DNA from: a virus
DNA: 64,000 bases
Direction: 5' to 3' (one strand)
IMG/VR virus record: IMGVR_UViG_3300023179_000041
Span: 1-64,000 of that record
Within the stretch, counting starts at the first letter, position 1, and each line of letters starts with the position of its first letter. A program made the position numbers and the translations under genes. This document shows, piece by piece, positions 26,118-36,203 of the stretch. The notes under the pieces were generated by a model. That model saw nothing but the letters and a program-made list of their open reading frames with translations, did no database searches and was not told the origin of the DNA.

Positions 26118-27570
26118 CGAAGTTGAAATCAAAGAGTCGGGACCCAATGGAAGAGTTGTCCCCTCGCATTCAACTGCCGTAGATAAGACATCTTCGTGGG
26201 ATAGGACTGCGCAATTTAGAAAGATGCGCTCGCCAGCAACGCCTTCTTACTATAACGATATTTTTGCTTTTCAACTTCCGAATACAAAGGGAACGCGAAA
26301 GACGCATTATTCTTTTATTCATCATTTTGTTGGCGACGGTGGCAAGGCTGGTCCTGCTTCGCGTGTTGCTTTGGGAAATTCGATTGCCGTCCTTAATGGT
26401 GGAAGACAAGGAACAGTTTTGCGTGGGGCCGCGCGTCAGGGCGTCTATCGCCATATCGCAGCCCACTACGCAGATGCCGATATCGAGGCACCCGAACTCA
26501 AGTCAGACGAAGACGTTGACGCAATCATGATGTTCAAGGGCTTGATTGATGCCCCGTTGGCTGAGTCACTTGACTTGACGGTCAAAGGGTTGCAGGATTT
26601 GGACAATATCATCGATGTAGAGAGCAATGTTTCTTGGATTGAGGAAGATACCGAAATCAAGGGCATTGTCGTCGAGGCCGATGATGATTCCGCCTTGGTT
26701 GAACAGGTGGACGAAAATGGCGAACGTACCGGCGAGTTCTATGAACTTGACTACGCAGAAATAAAACTCCGCACATTTGTTGTGATGGAGAAAGTCGATG
26801 GAATGGCTGAAGCAGGAGCAATCGTCTCTTGGGAAACAACACAGGGCACCTTCTATGGTGATGTGGTCTCGGTAGAGACGAACGGCAAGGTTCGCGGCGA
26901 GCCCCAAGGCCTCGAACTTGAGGGGACAGAAGAAAATCCCGCTTATCTCATCCGTGTCTGGATGCAGGAAACCGAAGAAGCCGAGATGGAAGACGAAGAC
27001 GAAGAAGAGGCTCCAAAAGCACGCAAATCCGAAGGCGAATGGACCCCTACAAACGTGACAGTCGTGGCAAGGGGCGATGCCCTAAAGGTAGAGGAAGCCT
27101 TGCCCACAGGAACCCCAGAAGAAGGCTATTCTGAAGGTGAAGACGAAGAGGAGAGTTCAATGAAAAAGATGGACACCGAGTTTATGGCACTGGTTGAACA
27201 GGCCATAAAGCAGAACGCCGCAGTTCTTGAGCGTCTTGCGAAGTATGATAGTGAAGACACCACTGAGGGAGTTGCGGCAGATGCTGAAGAGAAAAAGTCT
27301 GAAGAAGTTGTGGCAGAAGTTGCTGCGGAAACTGCGGAAGTCGCTGAAGAAAAAGCCGCAGAAGAAACGCCCACAACAGAAGTCGCCGAGCAAGCCGAAG
27401 AAGTCAAGTCCGAAGAAGCCCTTGTCGAGCAAGTAGCCGACACAGAGACAACTGAAGCGGTGTCTGAGGTTTCAGAAGAGAAGACCGCAGAAGAGCAGAA
27501 GCAAACAGCAGCAATTTCATTCGACGACCTGAAGGAGTTTCATCTCCTTTTGAAGGAAATGTCGAAGTAA
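26104..27570 (+). CDS. Head-associated/scaffold-like protein repeating two domains of the protease gene
   Basis: HSTAV..SP..PSYY..IFA.QLPNT.GTRKTHY duplicated; acidic Glu/Ala-rich C-terminus. Confidence 0.75.
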   Translation: MSENNEVEIKESGPNGRVVPSHSTAVDKTSSWDRTAQFRKMRSPATPSYYNDIFAFQLPNTKGTRKTHYSFIHHFVGDGGKAGPASRVALGNSIAVLNGGRQGTVLRGAARQGVYRHIAAHYADADIEAPELKSDEDVDAIMMFKGLIDAPLAESLDLTVKGLQDLDNIIDVESNVSWIEEDTEIKGIVVEADDDSALVEQVDENGERTGEFYELDYAEIKLRTFVVMEKVDGMAEAGAIVSWETTQGTFYGDVVSVETNGKVRGEPQGLELEGTEENPAYLIRVWMQETEEAEMEDEDEEEAPKARKSEGEWTPTNVTVVARGDALKVEEALPTGTPEEGYSEGEDEEESSMKKMDTEFMALVEQAIKQNAAVLERLAKYDSEDTTEGVAADAEEKKSEEVVAEVAAETAEVAEEKAAEETPTTEVAEQAEEVKSEEALVEQVADTETTEAVSEVSEEKTAEEQKQTAAISFDDLKEFHLLLKEMSK

Positions 27571-27647
27571 GCGACAACTGCTGAATCCCCAATCGGGGAC
27601 CAATCATGTGCTAATCTTTGTTTGGGCGGAACCAAACAGGGAGACGT

Positions 27648-27908
27648 ATGGACATCTACGAAGAATGCAAGCAGGAAGCAGCCAAGTCCTCAATCAACAA
27701 GGTTGAAGTGCTTCTTAAAACGTTAAACAAAAAAGATGCAGAAAGCCTGACAAAGGCTCTTCTTGACCCAACCATTTCCACTCGAACAATTGCAAGAGTG
27801 CTAGAGAGCAACAAGATTGAGTGTGGCGTTTGGGCAATCAATAAGTGGCGCAAACAAAAAGGAGTTGCTCTTTCCTCAACACACACCCTCATTAAGGAGA
27901 GCAAATAA
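27648..27908 (+). CDS. Hypothetical protein, HTH-like
   Basis: ISTRTIARVL...AINKWR. Confidence 0.6.
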   Translation: MDIYEECKQEAAKSSINKVEVLLKTLNKKDAESLTKALLDPTISTRTIARVLESNKIECGVWAINKWRKQKGVALSSTHTLIKESK

Positions 27909-27910
27909 CA

Positions 27911-29095
27911 ATGCCGCTGTCTGACGATTTTTCTAAAGTTACAGAACAAGCACACATAGAGGCTGTTGCAAAACTGTTAAAAGAACACAACATAAAGCCA
28001 GAAGAAGTCGGCTCAATCAAGTCAATGAAAGTCGGCAAGTGGCAAACGGTAACAAAAGACGAAGCGGGCGAAGCCCAAATACATGACTTGAAGGGTGCGA
28101 GTATCGTACTTAGCCCTAAATGGGATTTGGGTCCAGAGTGGCCAGTTGTAACCCAAGGCCCCAAGTACAACATTTCTAAAAATAAAACAAAATCGCGGAA
28201 GACCAAGGAATGGGAAACTGCTGTCATTCTTCCAGACATGCAGATGGGTTATTACAAGAAGTCATTGGAATTGAATGCTGAACTTGAGCCCATCCATGAC
28301 GAAAAAGCAATTTCCATTGCAATAAAACTTGTTGAGGACATCAAGCCCGACCAAGTCGTAATGCTTGGAGACAATCTTGACTTTGCGGAGTTCGGAAAGT
28401 ACTTAACAGCGCCAACCTTCAAACAGTTGACACAAGCAACAATTGATAGGGCGACATTGCTTTGCGCGCAGATTCGCAACGCGGCGCCCAACGCAATCAT
28501 TACTTGGATTGCCGGTAATCATGAAGCGCGACTTGCTAGATACATTCAAACCAATGCCGAAGCAGCATTTGGCTTGACGCGTGGAAAGTTAATGGATGAA
28601 CTTCGTGAGAACTGGCCGGTTCTCTCTGTGCCAAATCTTTGTCGCATGGACGAGTTTGGAGTCAATTATCTTTCTGGATATCCGGAATCATTCTTGGCAC
28701 TCAATGAGAACCTGATTATCCGTCACGGAGATAGGGTCACTTCAAATGGGTCCACAACGACGAAGTACCTTAATGATGCCCACAAATCAGTGATTTACGG
28801 ACACATTCATCGCGTTGAGGTCGCATATCGAACCCGCGTTTCCGAGGCTGGACCTCGGACAATCATGGCTGCAAGCCCAGGATGCTTATGCAGAATCGAT
28901 GGAGCGGTCCCATCTACAAAGTCTGGAGCCGATGAGTTTGGTCGACCGCTTATGCAGGGTGCAGAAAATTGGCAGCAAGGGCTTGCGGTTGTCCAGTATC
29001 AACCCAAAGGTACCGGCGAAGAATGGTTCAACTACGAACAAATGTGGATTTACAACGGCAGGGGAATATTTAGGGGCACAGAATATGCCGCCTAG
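27911..29095 (+). CDS. Calcineurin-like metallophosphoesterase
   Basis: PDMQ, LGDNLD, GNHE, HGD, GHIHR. Confidence 0.88.
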   Translation: MPLSDDFSKVTEQAHIEAVAKLLKEHNIKPEEVGSIKSMKVGKWQTVTKDEAGEAQIHDLKGASIVLSPKWDLGPEWPVVTQGPKYNISKNKTKSRKTKEWETAVILPDMQMGYYKKSLELNAELEPIHDEKAISIAIKLVEDIKPDQVVMLGDNLDFAEFGKYLTAPTFKQLTQATIDRATLLCAQIRNAAPNAIITWIAGNHEARLARYIQTNAEAAFGLTRGKLMDELRENWPVLSVPNLCRMDEFGVNYLSGYPESFLALNENLIIRHGDRVTSNGSTTTKYLNDAHKSVIYGHIHRVEVAYRTRVSEAGPRTIMAASPGCLCRIDGAVPSTKSGADEFGRPLMQGAENWQQGLAVVQYQPKGTGEEWFNYEQMWIYNGRGIFRGTEYAA

Positions 29096-29291
29096 TGAAG
29101 AGGAACTGGAAGAATTCAACAAGCAGTTTGAACTACTTATTGAAAATGAACTCATCGAGATTGTCTCCATCAATGATGATGGAGAGTGGTTGTATCAAGC
29201 AACAGAAAAAGGAAAAAAATTATACGAAGCGGTTATGAATGCAGGACTTATTGGTGACAAAAACTGGCTCTTTGGTGGGGAAAACGATTAA
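29085..29291 (+). CDS. Hypothetical protein (wHTH-like)
   Basis: LIENELIE...YQATEKG. Confidence 0.55.
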   Translation: MPPSEEELEEFNKQFELLIENELIEIVSINDDGEWLYQATEKGKKLYEAVMNAGLIGDKNWLFGGEND

Positions 29292-29606
29292 ATGTCTACA
29301 TCGGTGGGCGATGGTTTCAGAGAAGAAGACGATTTTAATTTTCCAGTAATTACTATTTCCGTTTCCACTGATGACCTAAACGAACCGATACACGTTGATT
29401 TGGGTTCGGTGCCGCCTTTTGTCGCCTCGGCAGTTCTTGAAAAGGTTATAAATGTATTAAAAATGGCAGTTCCGGCACCAAAAATCACTTTCAAAGGAAG
29501 TATTTTGGTTGAGCCGTTTAGCCCAGGAACAGTTGATTTTGCATCGCTCATTGAGGACATTTTTGACGACGACGATGTGGACGGTGAGGAAAACCCTCCT
29601 GCTTGA
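29292..29606 (+). CDS. Acidic hypothetical protein
   Basis: ORF in operon. Confidence 0.55.
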   Translation: MSTSVGDGFREEDDFNFPVITISVSTDDLNEPIHVDLGSVPPFVASAVLEKVINVLKMAVPAPKITFKGSILVEPFSPGTVDFASLIEDIFDDDDVDGEENPPA

Positions 29607-29631
29607 CAAACTGCCAATGCTCTAGCATACT
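29603..29631 (+). promoter_or_regulatory. Putative capsid gene promoter
   Basis: TTGACA-N17-CATACT, then a GAGGTGCTTACCTT hairpin and AAGGAG RBS. Confidence 0.5.
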
Positions 29632-29696
29632 ATGTCATAACGAGGTGCTTACCTTGTGTCCTATAAGTACAAACACTCTAAAAAGGAGTACCTACT

Positions 29697-30968
29697 ATGG
29701 CTTACGATAGCCGTCTTAAGGAACTTAAGGGTGCACTCAAGGATGTCCTCGCACAGAACGACGCAATCGTCGAACATGTCGAGGCCAATCGCGAAGAGGG
29801 CGGCCCAGAAGTTCAAGTTGAAGCAAAGCATGTCGAGGCGTTCCGTTCGGGACTTGCCAAGGCTCGCGAAATCCGTTCAGAAATTGAAGCCCTTGAGGGC
29901 CTTCAGGAAGTCAAGGCTTGGGCTGCTGGTTCGCAGCCTGCTGCCGCGGCTGCTCCGAAGACTCTCTATGTTCCTGGTGACGAGCGCAAGTCGCTTGGCC
30001 AGCGCTTCATTGATTCTGACGAGTTCAAGAGCATGGGCAATGGCCGCAATGGTTTCACCATGCATGCTCCGTACCAGGTGAAGGACATCTACACCGCACT
30101 GCCGTCGGGTACGCCCGGTGACTTCGGAACTCCGGTTCGCGAAGGCATCGTTGAGCGTGCTAAGCGTGCGATGCGTGTCCGTGACCTTTTCCCGGTTCAG
30201 CAGACAAATACGAACATGATTGAGTTCTTCCGCGTCAGCGGTTTCACGAACAATGCGTCGACAGTCGCAGAGCGCTCGGGTTCGCCCGCAGTGTTCGCTG
30301 CTAAGCCGCAGTCTTCGATGACCGTTGTCGGCGTGCAGTCTCCTGTTCGTACGATTGCCCACTACGAGGTTGCCCACCGCAACGTCCTCGATGATGAGCC
30401 CACCCTGCGTGGCATCATCGACAACGAGTTGCTCTACGGCCTTCGTCTTGTCGAGGATGACCAGATTTTGAACGGTGACGGAACAGGTTCAAACCTGACC
30501 GGCATCCGCGAGACATCGGGCATCCAGACTCAGGCTTGGAGCGCAGGCTCGACTGGCGACACCCGCATCGACGCAATCCGTCGTGCAATCACCAAGTCGT
30601 TGCTCGCGTACTACGAGCCAACGGGCATGATTGTTCACCCGAACGACATGGAAGACCTCGAACTGACCAAGGATGCCTACGACCGTCACCTGATGGTCAT
30701 GTCGGTGTCGATGGGTGCTGAAGCCCGCCTGTGGCGTCTGCCAATGGTTGCCACTCCGGCCATCACCGAGGGCTATGCTCTCGTTGGTTCGTTCGGTATC
30801 GGCGCCACGCTGTACGACCGCATGGAAGGCACAATCCGCGTTGCTGAGCAGCACAGCGACTTCTTCATCCGGAACGCAGTTGCGATTCTGGCCGAAGAGC
30901 GCCTTGCTCTCGCGGTGAAGCGCCCAGAGTCGTTCGTCGAAGTCGAATTCGACGGTGCGCCTGAATGA
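29697..30968 (+). CDS. Major capsid protein, HK97 fold
   Basis: Coiled-coil delta domain, RTIAH, EDDQILNGDG, LWRLPMV, RNAVAILAEERLALAVKRP; strong codon bias. Confidence 0.95.
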   Translation: MAYDSRLKELKGALKDVLAQNDAIVEHVEANREEGGPEVQVEAKHVEAFRSGLAKAREIRSEIEALEGLQEVKAWAAGSQPAAAAAPKTLYVPGDERKSLGQRFIDSDEFKSMGNGRNGFTMHAPYQVKDIYTALPSGTPGDFGTPVREGIVERAKRAMRVRDLFPVQQTNTNMIEFFRVSGFTNNASTVAERSGSPAVFAAKPQSSMTVVGVQSPVRTIAHYEVAHRNVLDDEPTLRGIIDNELLYGLRLVEDDQILNGDGTGSNLTGIRETSGIQTQAWSAGSTGDTRIDAIRRAITKSLLAYYEPTGMIVHPNDMEDLELTKDAYDRHLMVMSVSMGAEARLWRLPMVATPAITEGYALVGSFGIGATLYDRMEGTIRVAEQHSDFFIRNAVAILAEERLALAVKRPESFVEVEFDGAPE

Positions 30969-30988
30969 TGAGCCTTTCGGCTTAGTCC

Positions 30989-31030
30989 GAGCCCCCGCCC
31001 GAGTCCAGTAATGGACAACGGCGGGGGCTT
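30989..31030 (+). terminator. Hairpin after the capsid gene
   Basis: GAGCCCCCGCC...GGCGGGGGCTT. Confidence 0.6.
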
Positions 31031-31046
31031 CGGCTTTTATGGGGAT

Positions 31047-31577
31047 ATGGCACTAGACAAAGACTTCAATTTTAGGTTTGTTGGATACTACGACACAAGC
31101 CCAATAGACAAAACAATTAGTTCACTCTCTCCCTCTTCATGGGATGCATTTACCTACAGGCAAGACAACATCATTGGGCATCAAGATACACTGACGGTTC
31201 CAATTCTTTTTAATGAACTTCCACAAGCGAAAAAAATAGCGCCTAAGTTTTTTGACACTTTCGCAAATCATTTAAAAGACATAAAAACTTATCTATCCAG
31301 CATCGGACAACACAATGATATTCGCAGAGCAAACCTTGTGCTACTAAAGGCTGGAAAATCAATCGGCAGACACAAGGACGCGACAGAACTATTGAAAGTG
31401 ACAAGGAGATTCCACTTGCCAATCAAAACAGACCCATCATGCACCTTTGAGGTGGATGGAGAAAAGATGCATATCCCAATTGGAGAGATTTGGGAAATAA
31501 ACAATACAGGAAAACTACACAGCGTAAGAAACGATTCACAAATAGACCGCGTGCATTTGATTATTGACGCCTGCTAG
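31047..31577 (+). CDS. Aspartyl/asparaginyl beta-hydroxylase-family 2OG-Fe(II) oxygenase
   Basis: IGRHKD, RFHLPI, GEIWEINN, HSVRN, RVHLIID. Confidence 0.85.
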   Translation: MALDKDFNFRFVGYYDTSPIDKTISSLSPSSWDAFTYRQDNIIGHQDTLTVPILFNELPQAKKIAPKFFDTFANHLKDIKTYLSSIGQHNDIRRANLVLLKAGKSIGRHKDATELLKVTRRFHLPIKTDPSCTFEVDGEKMHIPIGEIWEINNTGKLHSVRNDSQIDRVHLIIDAC

Positions 31578-31586
31578 GGTAATGGC

Positions 31587-31745
31587 ATGACACACGTTAT
31601 TGCACCACGCGATATTTTTGAGACGCAAAATGGGGTTACCGTTCGCGTTCACAGCAAGGGCGACCGCTTGACGGTGGATGAGGCCAAGAAGTACAAAGTT
31701 TTGCCCATCTCAGTTACGTCGTTTGCGAATATTGAAACCAAGTAG
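31587..31745 (+). CDS. Small hypothetical protein (52 aa)
   Basis: MTHVIAPRDIF...KGDRLTVDEAKKY...IETK; fills the gap between genes. Confidence 0.55.
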   Translation: MTHVIAPRDIFETQNGVTVRVHSKGDRLTVDEAKKYKVLPISVTSFANIETK

Positions 31746-31749
31746 TCAC

Positions 31750-32148
31750 ATGGAACAGCCAGAGCAAGACGGCTCTGCATCGTATGACTTTGCTGGGGCA
31801 TGGGGGCATCCACATGCCTATGCCCTAATTAAAGCCGCTATCTACAAATTTTTTATGATGAGAGAAGACTTCAACCCAGAAAACCCATACGATTCACTCA
31901 CTTCAAAAATAACCACAACGGGAATGATTCACAGCGCTTTTGAACTTGGTAAAAAAATTGAAGTTCGATATGGCTGGGAGATGCTGGATGATGAAAATAT
32001 CATTATGCATTCCTGCTATGGGTTTGTGGACAAAATTGACGTGAGAATCAATGCCGAAGAAATGGGCTTCATTTTGGACCTAGGTGATGATGATTATGGA
32101 GTATTTGCCTACGACAAGATATTCTGGGTATGCGAGTCCGACAACTAG
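31750..32148 (+). CDS. Hypothetical protein
   Basis: ORF from MEQPEQ. Confidence 0.55.
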   Translation: MEQPEQDGSASYDFAGAWGHPHAYALIKAAIYKFFMMREDFNPENPYDSLTSKITTTGMIHSAFELGKKIEVRYGWEMLDDENIIMHSCYGFVDKIDVRINAEEMGFILDLGDDDYGVFAYDKIFWVCESDN

Positions 32149-32189
32149 CCGAATGAAATAATTTTTGAGCCTGGTGTATTATCGGCCCT

Positions 32190-32750
32190 ATGGCCATTCT
32201 CACTTATGACGACCTTGAGATTTACATGGGCAAAACCTTTACCGATGCCCAGCAGGACGCGGCTATGTCAATCATTGCCGCCCTTGAAGCAGAACTTGAG
32301 TACTACCTAAATAGGCCTCTTGGCGCGCGTTTATATTCAGAAGAAGAACACAAACTTGTTCCAGGACAGCGACAAATATTTTTGCGCCACGCACCGGTTC
32401 AAAGCGTAACGTCTTTTTATGTTGGAATGCCGGGCGAAGAGGTTGAGCAGAATATCGAAGACTTTGACATCTTTCCTTGGGGCATAGATAATATTCGAAT
32501 CGCTGGAACCGGCAACCAAGCACTTGTCACCTACACAGCAGGAATGACATCGAACGATACGATTGCGCTTGAGCGAGTTCTTTACACCGCATCAGCACGA
32601 GAGATGAGCAAGTTCCTTATTGATGCTCAGGGGCTATCCAGACTCAAGGTAGAGGGAAGCGACTACGTCTTTCCGGATGGCGGCGAAGGCGGATTCACAG
32701 AGCGCGAACTTAACTCAGTCAAGCGCTTTAAACGAAGAGTGATTGTGTGA
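32190..32750 (+). CDS. Head-to-tail adaptor
   Basis: DDLEIYM, LEYYLNR, APVQSV, VTYTAG; position. Confidence 0.8.
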   Translation: MAILTYDDLEIYMGKTFTDAQQDAAMSIIAALEAELEYYLNRPLGARLYSEEEHKLVPGQRQIFLRHAPVQSVTSFYVGMPGEEVEQNIEDFDIFPWGIDNIRIAGTGNQALVTYTAGMTSNDTIALERVLYTASAREMSKFLIDAQGLSRLKVEGSDYVFPDGGEGGFTERELNSVKRFKRRVIV

Positions 32751-32751
32751 T

Positions 32752-33084
32752 ATGCGTGGGGCAAGAACGCCGATAGTCATTCGCAACATGGTTGCTGGCT
32801 ACGTCAATGAAGCAGAAGGCATTTGGAATAATACAGGGGCCGACACTACTGTTTATGGTTCAGTTCATCAAAGGGCTTCAGAGGAAGTGATGGAGAATAC
32901 AGTTGGGCAATTAAGCGAAAAGAGAAACATAGTTTGTCGACTTCCTTTAAGCGCAAGTGTCACATATGGAGACCAAGTAGTGATTGATAATTTTCATCAA
33001 GTTGTAAATGGCACTTACGAAATAGATTCACTTCTTTATACGCGAACACACATCCGCGCAGAATGCAGAAGGACAATGCGATAA
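32752..33084 (+). CDS. Putative head closure protein
   Basis: Size, beta-rich sequence, synteny. Confidence 0.6.
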   Translation: MRGARTPIVIRNMVAGYVNEAEGIWNNTGADTTVYGSVHQRASEEVMENTVGQLSEKRNIVCRLPLSASVTYGDQVVIDNFHQVVNGTYEIDSLLYTRTHIRAECRRTMR

Positions 33085-33596
33085 TGGCATCCAAATTGAC
33101 CCCGACGCAAAAACTCTACAAAATTCTTGATACTGTCGAACCAGCAATCAAGAGTATTATTCTTGCCGGCGTATATCAAATGCGCTCCGCGGCAGAAGAT
33201 TTGTCTGTAATCGGGTTTAATGAGACCAAAAGACTTATTCTTCACAGGGGTAGTTATAAAGAATATTTTAAGAATGGCAAGAAAAGAATGTCTTCTGCTC
33301 CGGGAGAACCACCAGCAGCAACGCTTGGCGGAACACTTGAGCCAAGCATTTACAGTAAGGTAATTAGTAAGCCGAATCAAAATCCAGCAATTGCAGAATT
33401 CGGCAGTACTGCCACGTTTGCAAAAGATTTGGAATTTGGGACGACAAGTATCCAGCCTCGCCCGTTTTTGAGGCCAGCAAAAGCAAAAGTGGCAAATGTT
33501 GCTGCATCAACTGTTGCGCGACATCTGAAAATTGCCTATTCGCGAAAAACCCGTTCCCTTAAGGGCACGGTATTTACTCTTGATTTGGATATGTGA
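33084..33596 (+). CDS. HK97 gp10-like neck protein
   Basis: SAPGEPPA, LEFGT..IQPRPFLRPA. Confidence 0.8.
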   Translation: MASKLTPTQKLYKILDTVEPAIKSIILAGVYQMRSAAEDLSVIGFNETKRLILHRGSYKEYFKNGKKRMSSAPGEPPAATLGGTLEPSIYSKVISKPNQNPAIAEFGSTATFAKDLEFGTTSIQPRPFLRPAKAKVANVAASTVARHLKIAYSRKTRSLKGTVFTLDLDM

Positions 33597-33982
33597 TGGC
33601 TTCTATCGGCGGCGCTATCCGGACCGTTTTGGTCAATGATTCTATAACTGGTATATCAAATCGCATATTCAGAGATATTGCCCCTCCAGAAACAGAATAT
33701 CCCTACATCACAATTTTTGATGAACTTGCCAACACTCCAGCCCTTATCGGTGACCAGGTTGTTTTGGCTCGTAATCGAATTGTCCAGGTAAGTCTTTGGC
33801 AAGTGCGTCAATCAGAAAACACCGGCATAATCAACGAAGTCATATCTGCGTTAGACAATGCAACGCTGAATGCAGACAGGTTTGTTTATCGGGTCAGGGT
33901 CAGTGACATAACGAGGACCTTCAATTCTGAGGATGATACGATTTTGCACGCAGTAACCCTTAACGTCATACAAAAGGCATAA
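33593..33982 (+). CDS. Tail terminator-like protein
   Basis: RIF.DIAP...YPYIT, VQVSLW; synteny. Confidence 0.7.
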   Translation: MMASIGGAIRTVLVNDSITGISNRIFRDIAPPETEYPYITIFDELANTPALIGDQVVLARNRIVQVSLWQVRQSENTGIINEVISALDNATLNADRFVYRVRVSDITRTFNSEDDTILHAVTLNVIQKA

Positions 33983-33984
33983 GC

Positions 33985-34662
33985 ATGGCTTTCACACCAA
34001 TTACAGTTACCGGCACCTACCTTGAGAGCGGTAGTGGTGAGCCTGCGAGCGGTCGCATTTCTTTCCTGCTTACTTCCCCGATGAGACAGCCGAGTACCAA
34101 TACGACTATCTCCCCGTCTCAGGTAACTGCCACCCTCGATGAAAACGGGGAATTCTCAGTCATTCTTTATGCGACTAATGACAGCGGAACAGTTCCGCAG
34201 GGCGTGACCTATGAAGTAACAGAACGACTTCGCGGAGCGGCACTAAACAAGTACTTCATTTCTATTGATAAAGATGCCCCTGGCGGGGCCGTCGACCTTG
34301 CTGACCTGGTTCCAAATATCGACCCAGTTGTACAGATTAACTATGCGACAGTTGAATATGTCGATGACGCTGTTGCCGGATTTAACTCTGCAGCCGAGAT
34401 TGGCTTCACCCCAACGTCAGAAATTACATCGACGAATGTGCAAACCGCCATTGAGGAATTGCGAACCCGTTCTAGATATGTCCATAACCAACCGTCAGCA
34501 TCGGATACATGGAATATCACGCACAATATGCGCTTTTACCCGAATGTCAGCATCGTCGACACTGCTCTCAGTAAGGTCGTCGGAGAGGTCACATATCTGT
34601 CAGAAAATGCTTTGACGGTGACCTTCTCACACTCTTTCGCTGGAAAGGCGTATCTTTCATAG
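33985..34662 (+). CDS. Putative virion structural protein
   Basis: TNVQTAIEEL, WNITHNM..YPNVSIVD motifs. Confidence 0.65.
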   Translation: MAFTPITVTGTYLESGSGEPASGRISFLLTSPMRQPSTNTTISPSQVTATLDENGEFSVILYATNDSGTVPQGVTYEVTERLRGAALNKYFISIDKDAPGGAVDLADLVPNIDPVVQINYATVEYVDDAVAGFNSAAEIGFTPTSEITSTNVQTAIEELRTRSRYVHNQPSASDTWNITHNMRFYPNVSIVDTALSKVVGEVTYLSENALTVTFSHSFAGKAYLS

Positions 34663-34685
34663 GAGGAGTCTGGAGGTAGACCGGC

Positions 34686-36143
34686 ATGAAATTCGTAACG
34701 AACTTAAATCTTAATCAGAACGAACTCCAGAACGGTAAGTTTCAGGTCGTCGCGTCCGACCCGAGCACGAACAACTTTGAAGGTCGGCTCATCTATAACT
34801 CAACCGAGAAGACCATTAAATATTTTGATGGTACCTCTTGGAAAAAGGCTCTAATTTCGGTCACTGAAGCAGGTAGCGCTTCTGCAGCCCTTACGGTTAC
34901 TGAGTCCAATGGCGCAATTACACTTACGCCGAATCTTGCCACAACATCAGCCCATGGTGTTATGTCCTATCAGGACAAGGCAAAACTTGATGACGCTACC
35001 GCTGACGCGACTGCTGGGAAATTGGTTATTAGGGACGGAAGCGGAAACTTTAAGTCTGCTACTCCAACTGATTCTGCACATGTTGCAACAAAGGGTTATG
35101 TCGATGCTGCGCGTAGCGGTCTCGACGTCAAGCAATCTGTTCGTGTCGCAACCACTGGTCCGGTAACAATCGCTAACCAACTTGAGGCAGGCGACACCGT
35201 TGACGGAGAAACGCTTGTTGCTGGTGACCGTGTTCTCGTCAAAAACCAAAGCACTGCATCAGAAAACGGAATCTATGTCGTTCAAGCAAGCGGTGCTGCC
35301 GTTAGGGCAACAGACTTTGATTCAAGCGACGAAGTCTCTCCTGGTGCGTTTACGTTTGTTGAAGAGGGTGACGACAACGCCGATAGCGGCTGGGTTGTTA
35401 TCACTGACGGTTCAATCACAGTTGGCTCAACGGCAATCAACTGGGCGCAGTTTTCTGGCGCTGGCCAAATTGTTGCTGGTGATGCCCTGTCCAAAGACGG
35501 CGAAACACTTAACGTAAACGTCGACAACCTCAGCATTGAGGTAAGCGCTGATGCCCTGAGAATTGCAAGTGGCGCTGCCGGGGATGGTCTCTCTGCTTCT
35601 GCTGGCATCCTCTCCGTAAATACAGCAGCCGCTGGCGGTCTAGAGATTTCATCAGACGACCTGCAAATCAAAATTGACCCCAACTACACAGGTCTTGTTA
35701 CTACAACAGATGGTCTTGCCCTTAGCGCATCCGTAGCCGGAGATGGGCTCACATTTGCTGCCGGTGTTTTGAGTCGTGATGCAATTGACCTTGGTCAGGG
35801 TTCAAATGATACAACTGGGACCCTTCCCGTCGACCAAGGCGGTACTGGTGCAACTACTGAGGCGGCAGCAAGAGACAACCTTGCTTACACCCCTCCAAGC
35901 GGCGCGAATACAAGCACACCAACACTGGCGCGCGTGGCAAGTAAAGTTGTTGGCGACGGTGCAGCAACAACATATACTGTGACTCACAATTTTGGAACTC
36001 GCGCGGTTCTTGTACAAGTTTACGATTCTTCTGGTTATGACACGGTCATTGCAGACGTGGTAAGGGCGACAACGGATTCTGTCACGGTTTCCTTTTCTGT
36101 TGCTCCTGCTTCAAACGCATACACAGTCGTCGTTACCGGTTAG
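34686..36143 (+). CDS. Tail/head fibre-like protein
   Basis: ATKGYVD, DVKQSVRVATT, GDRVLVKNQ..SENGIY, AGDGL repeats. Confidence 0.8.
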   Translation: MKFVTNLNLNQNELQNGKFQVVASDPSTNNFEGRLIYNSTEKTIKYFDGTSWKKALISVTEAGSASAALTVTESNGAITLTPNLATTSAHGVMSYQDKAKLDDATADATAGKLVIRDGSGNFKSATPTDSAHVATKGYVDAARSGLDVKQSVRVATTGPVTIANQLEAGDTVDGETLVAGDRVLVKNQSTASENGIYVVQASGAAVRATDFDSSDEVSPGAFTFVEEGDDNADSGWVVITDGSITVGSTAINWAQFSGAGQIVAGDALSKDGETLNVNVDNLSIEVSADALRIASGAAGDGLSASAGILSVNTAAAGGLEISSDDLQIKIDPNYTGLVTTTDGLALSASVAGDGLTFAAGVLSRDAIDLGQGSNDTTGTLPVDQGGTGATTEAAARDNLAYTPPSGANTSTPTLARVASKVVGDGAATTYTVTHNFGTRAVLVQVYDSSGYDTVIADVVRATTDSVTVSFSVAPASNAYTVVVTG

Positions 36144-36203
36144 CAATATCCATAGTGCCTTGCGGGGCACGCAGAAACAGAAGACAGTTGAGGCTGTATT
36201 CAC

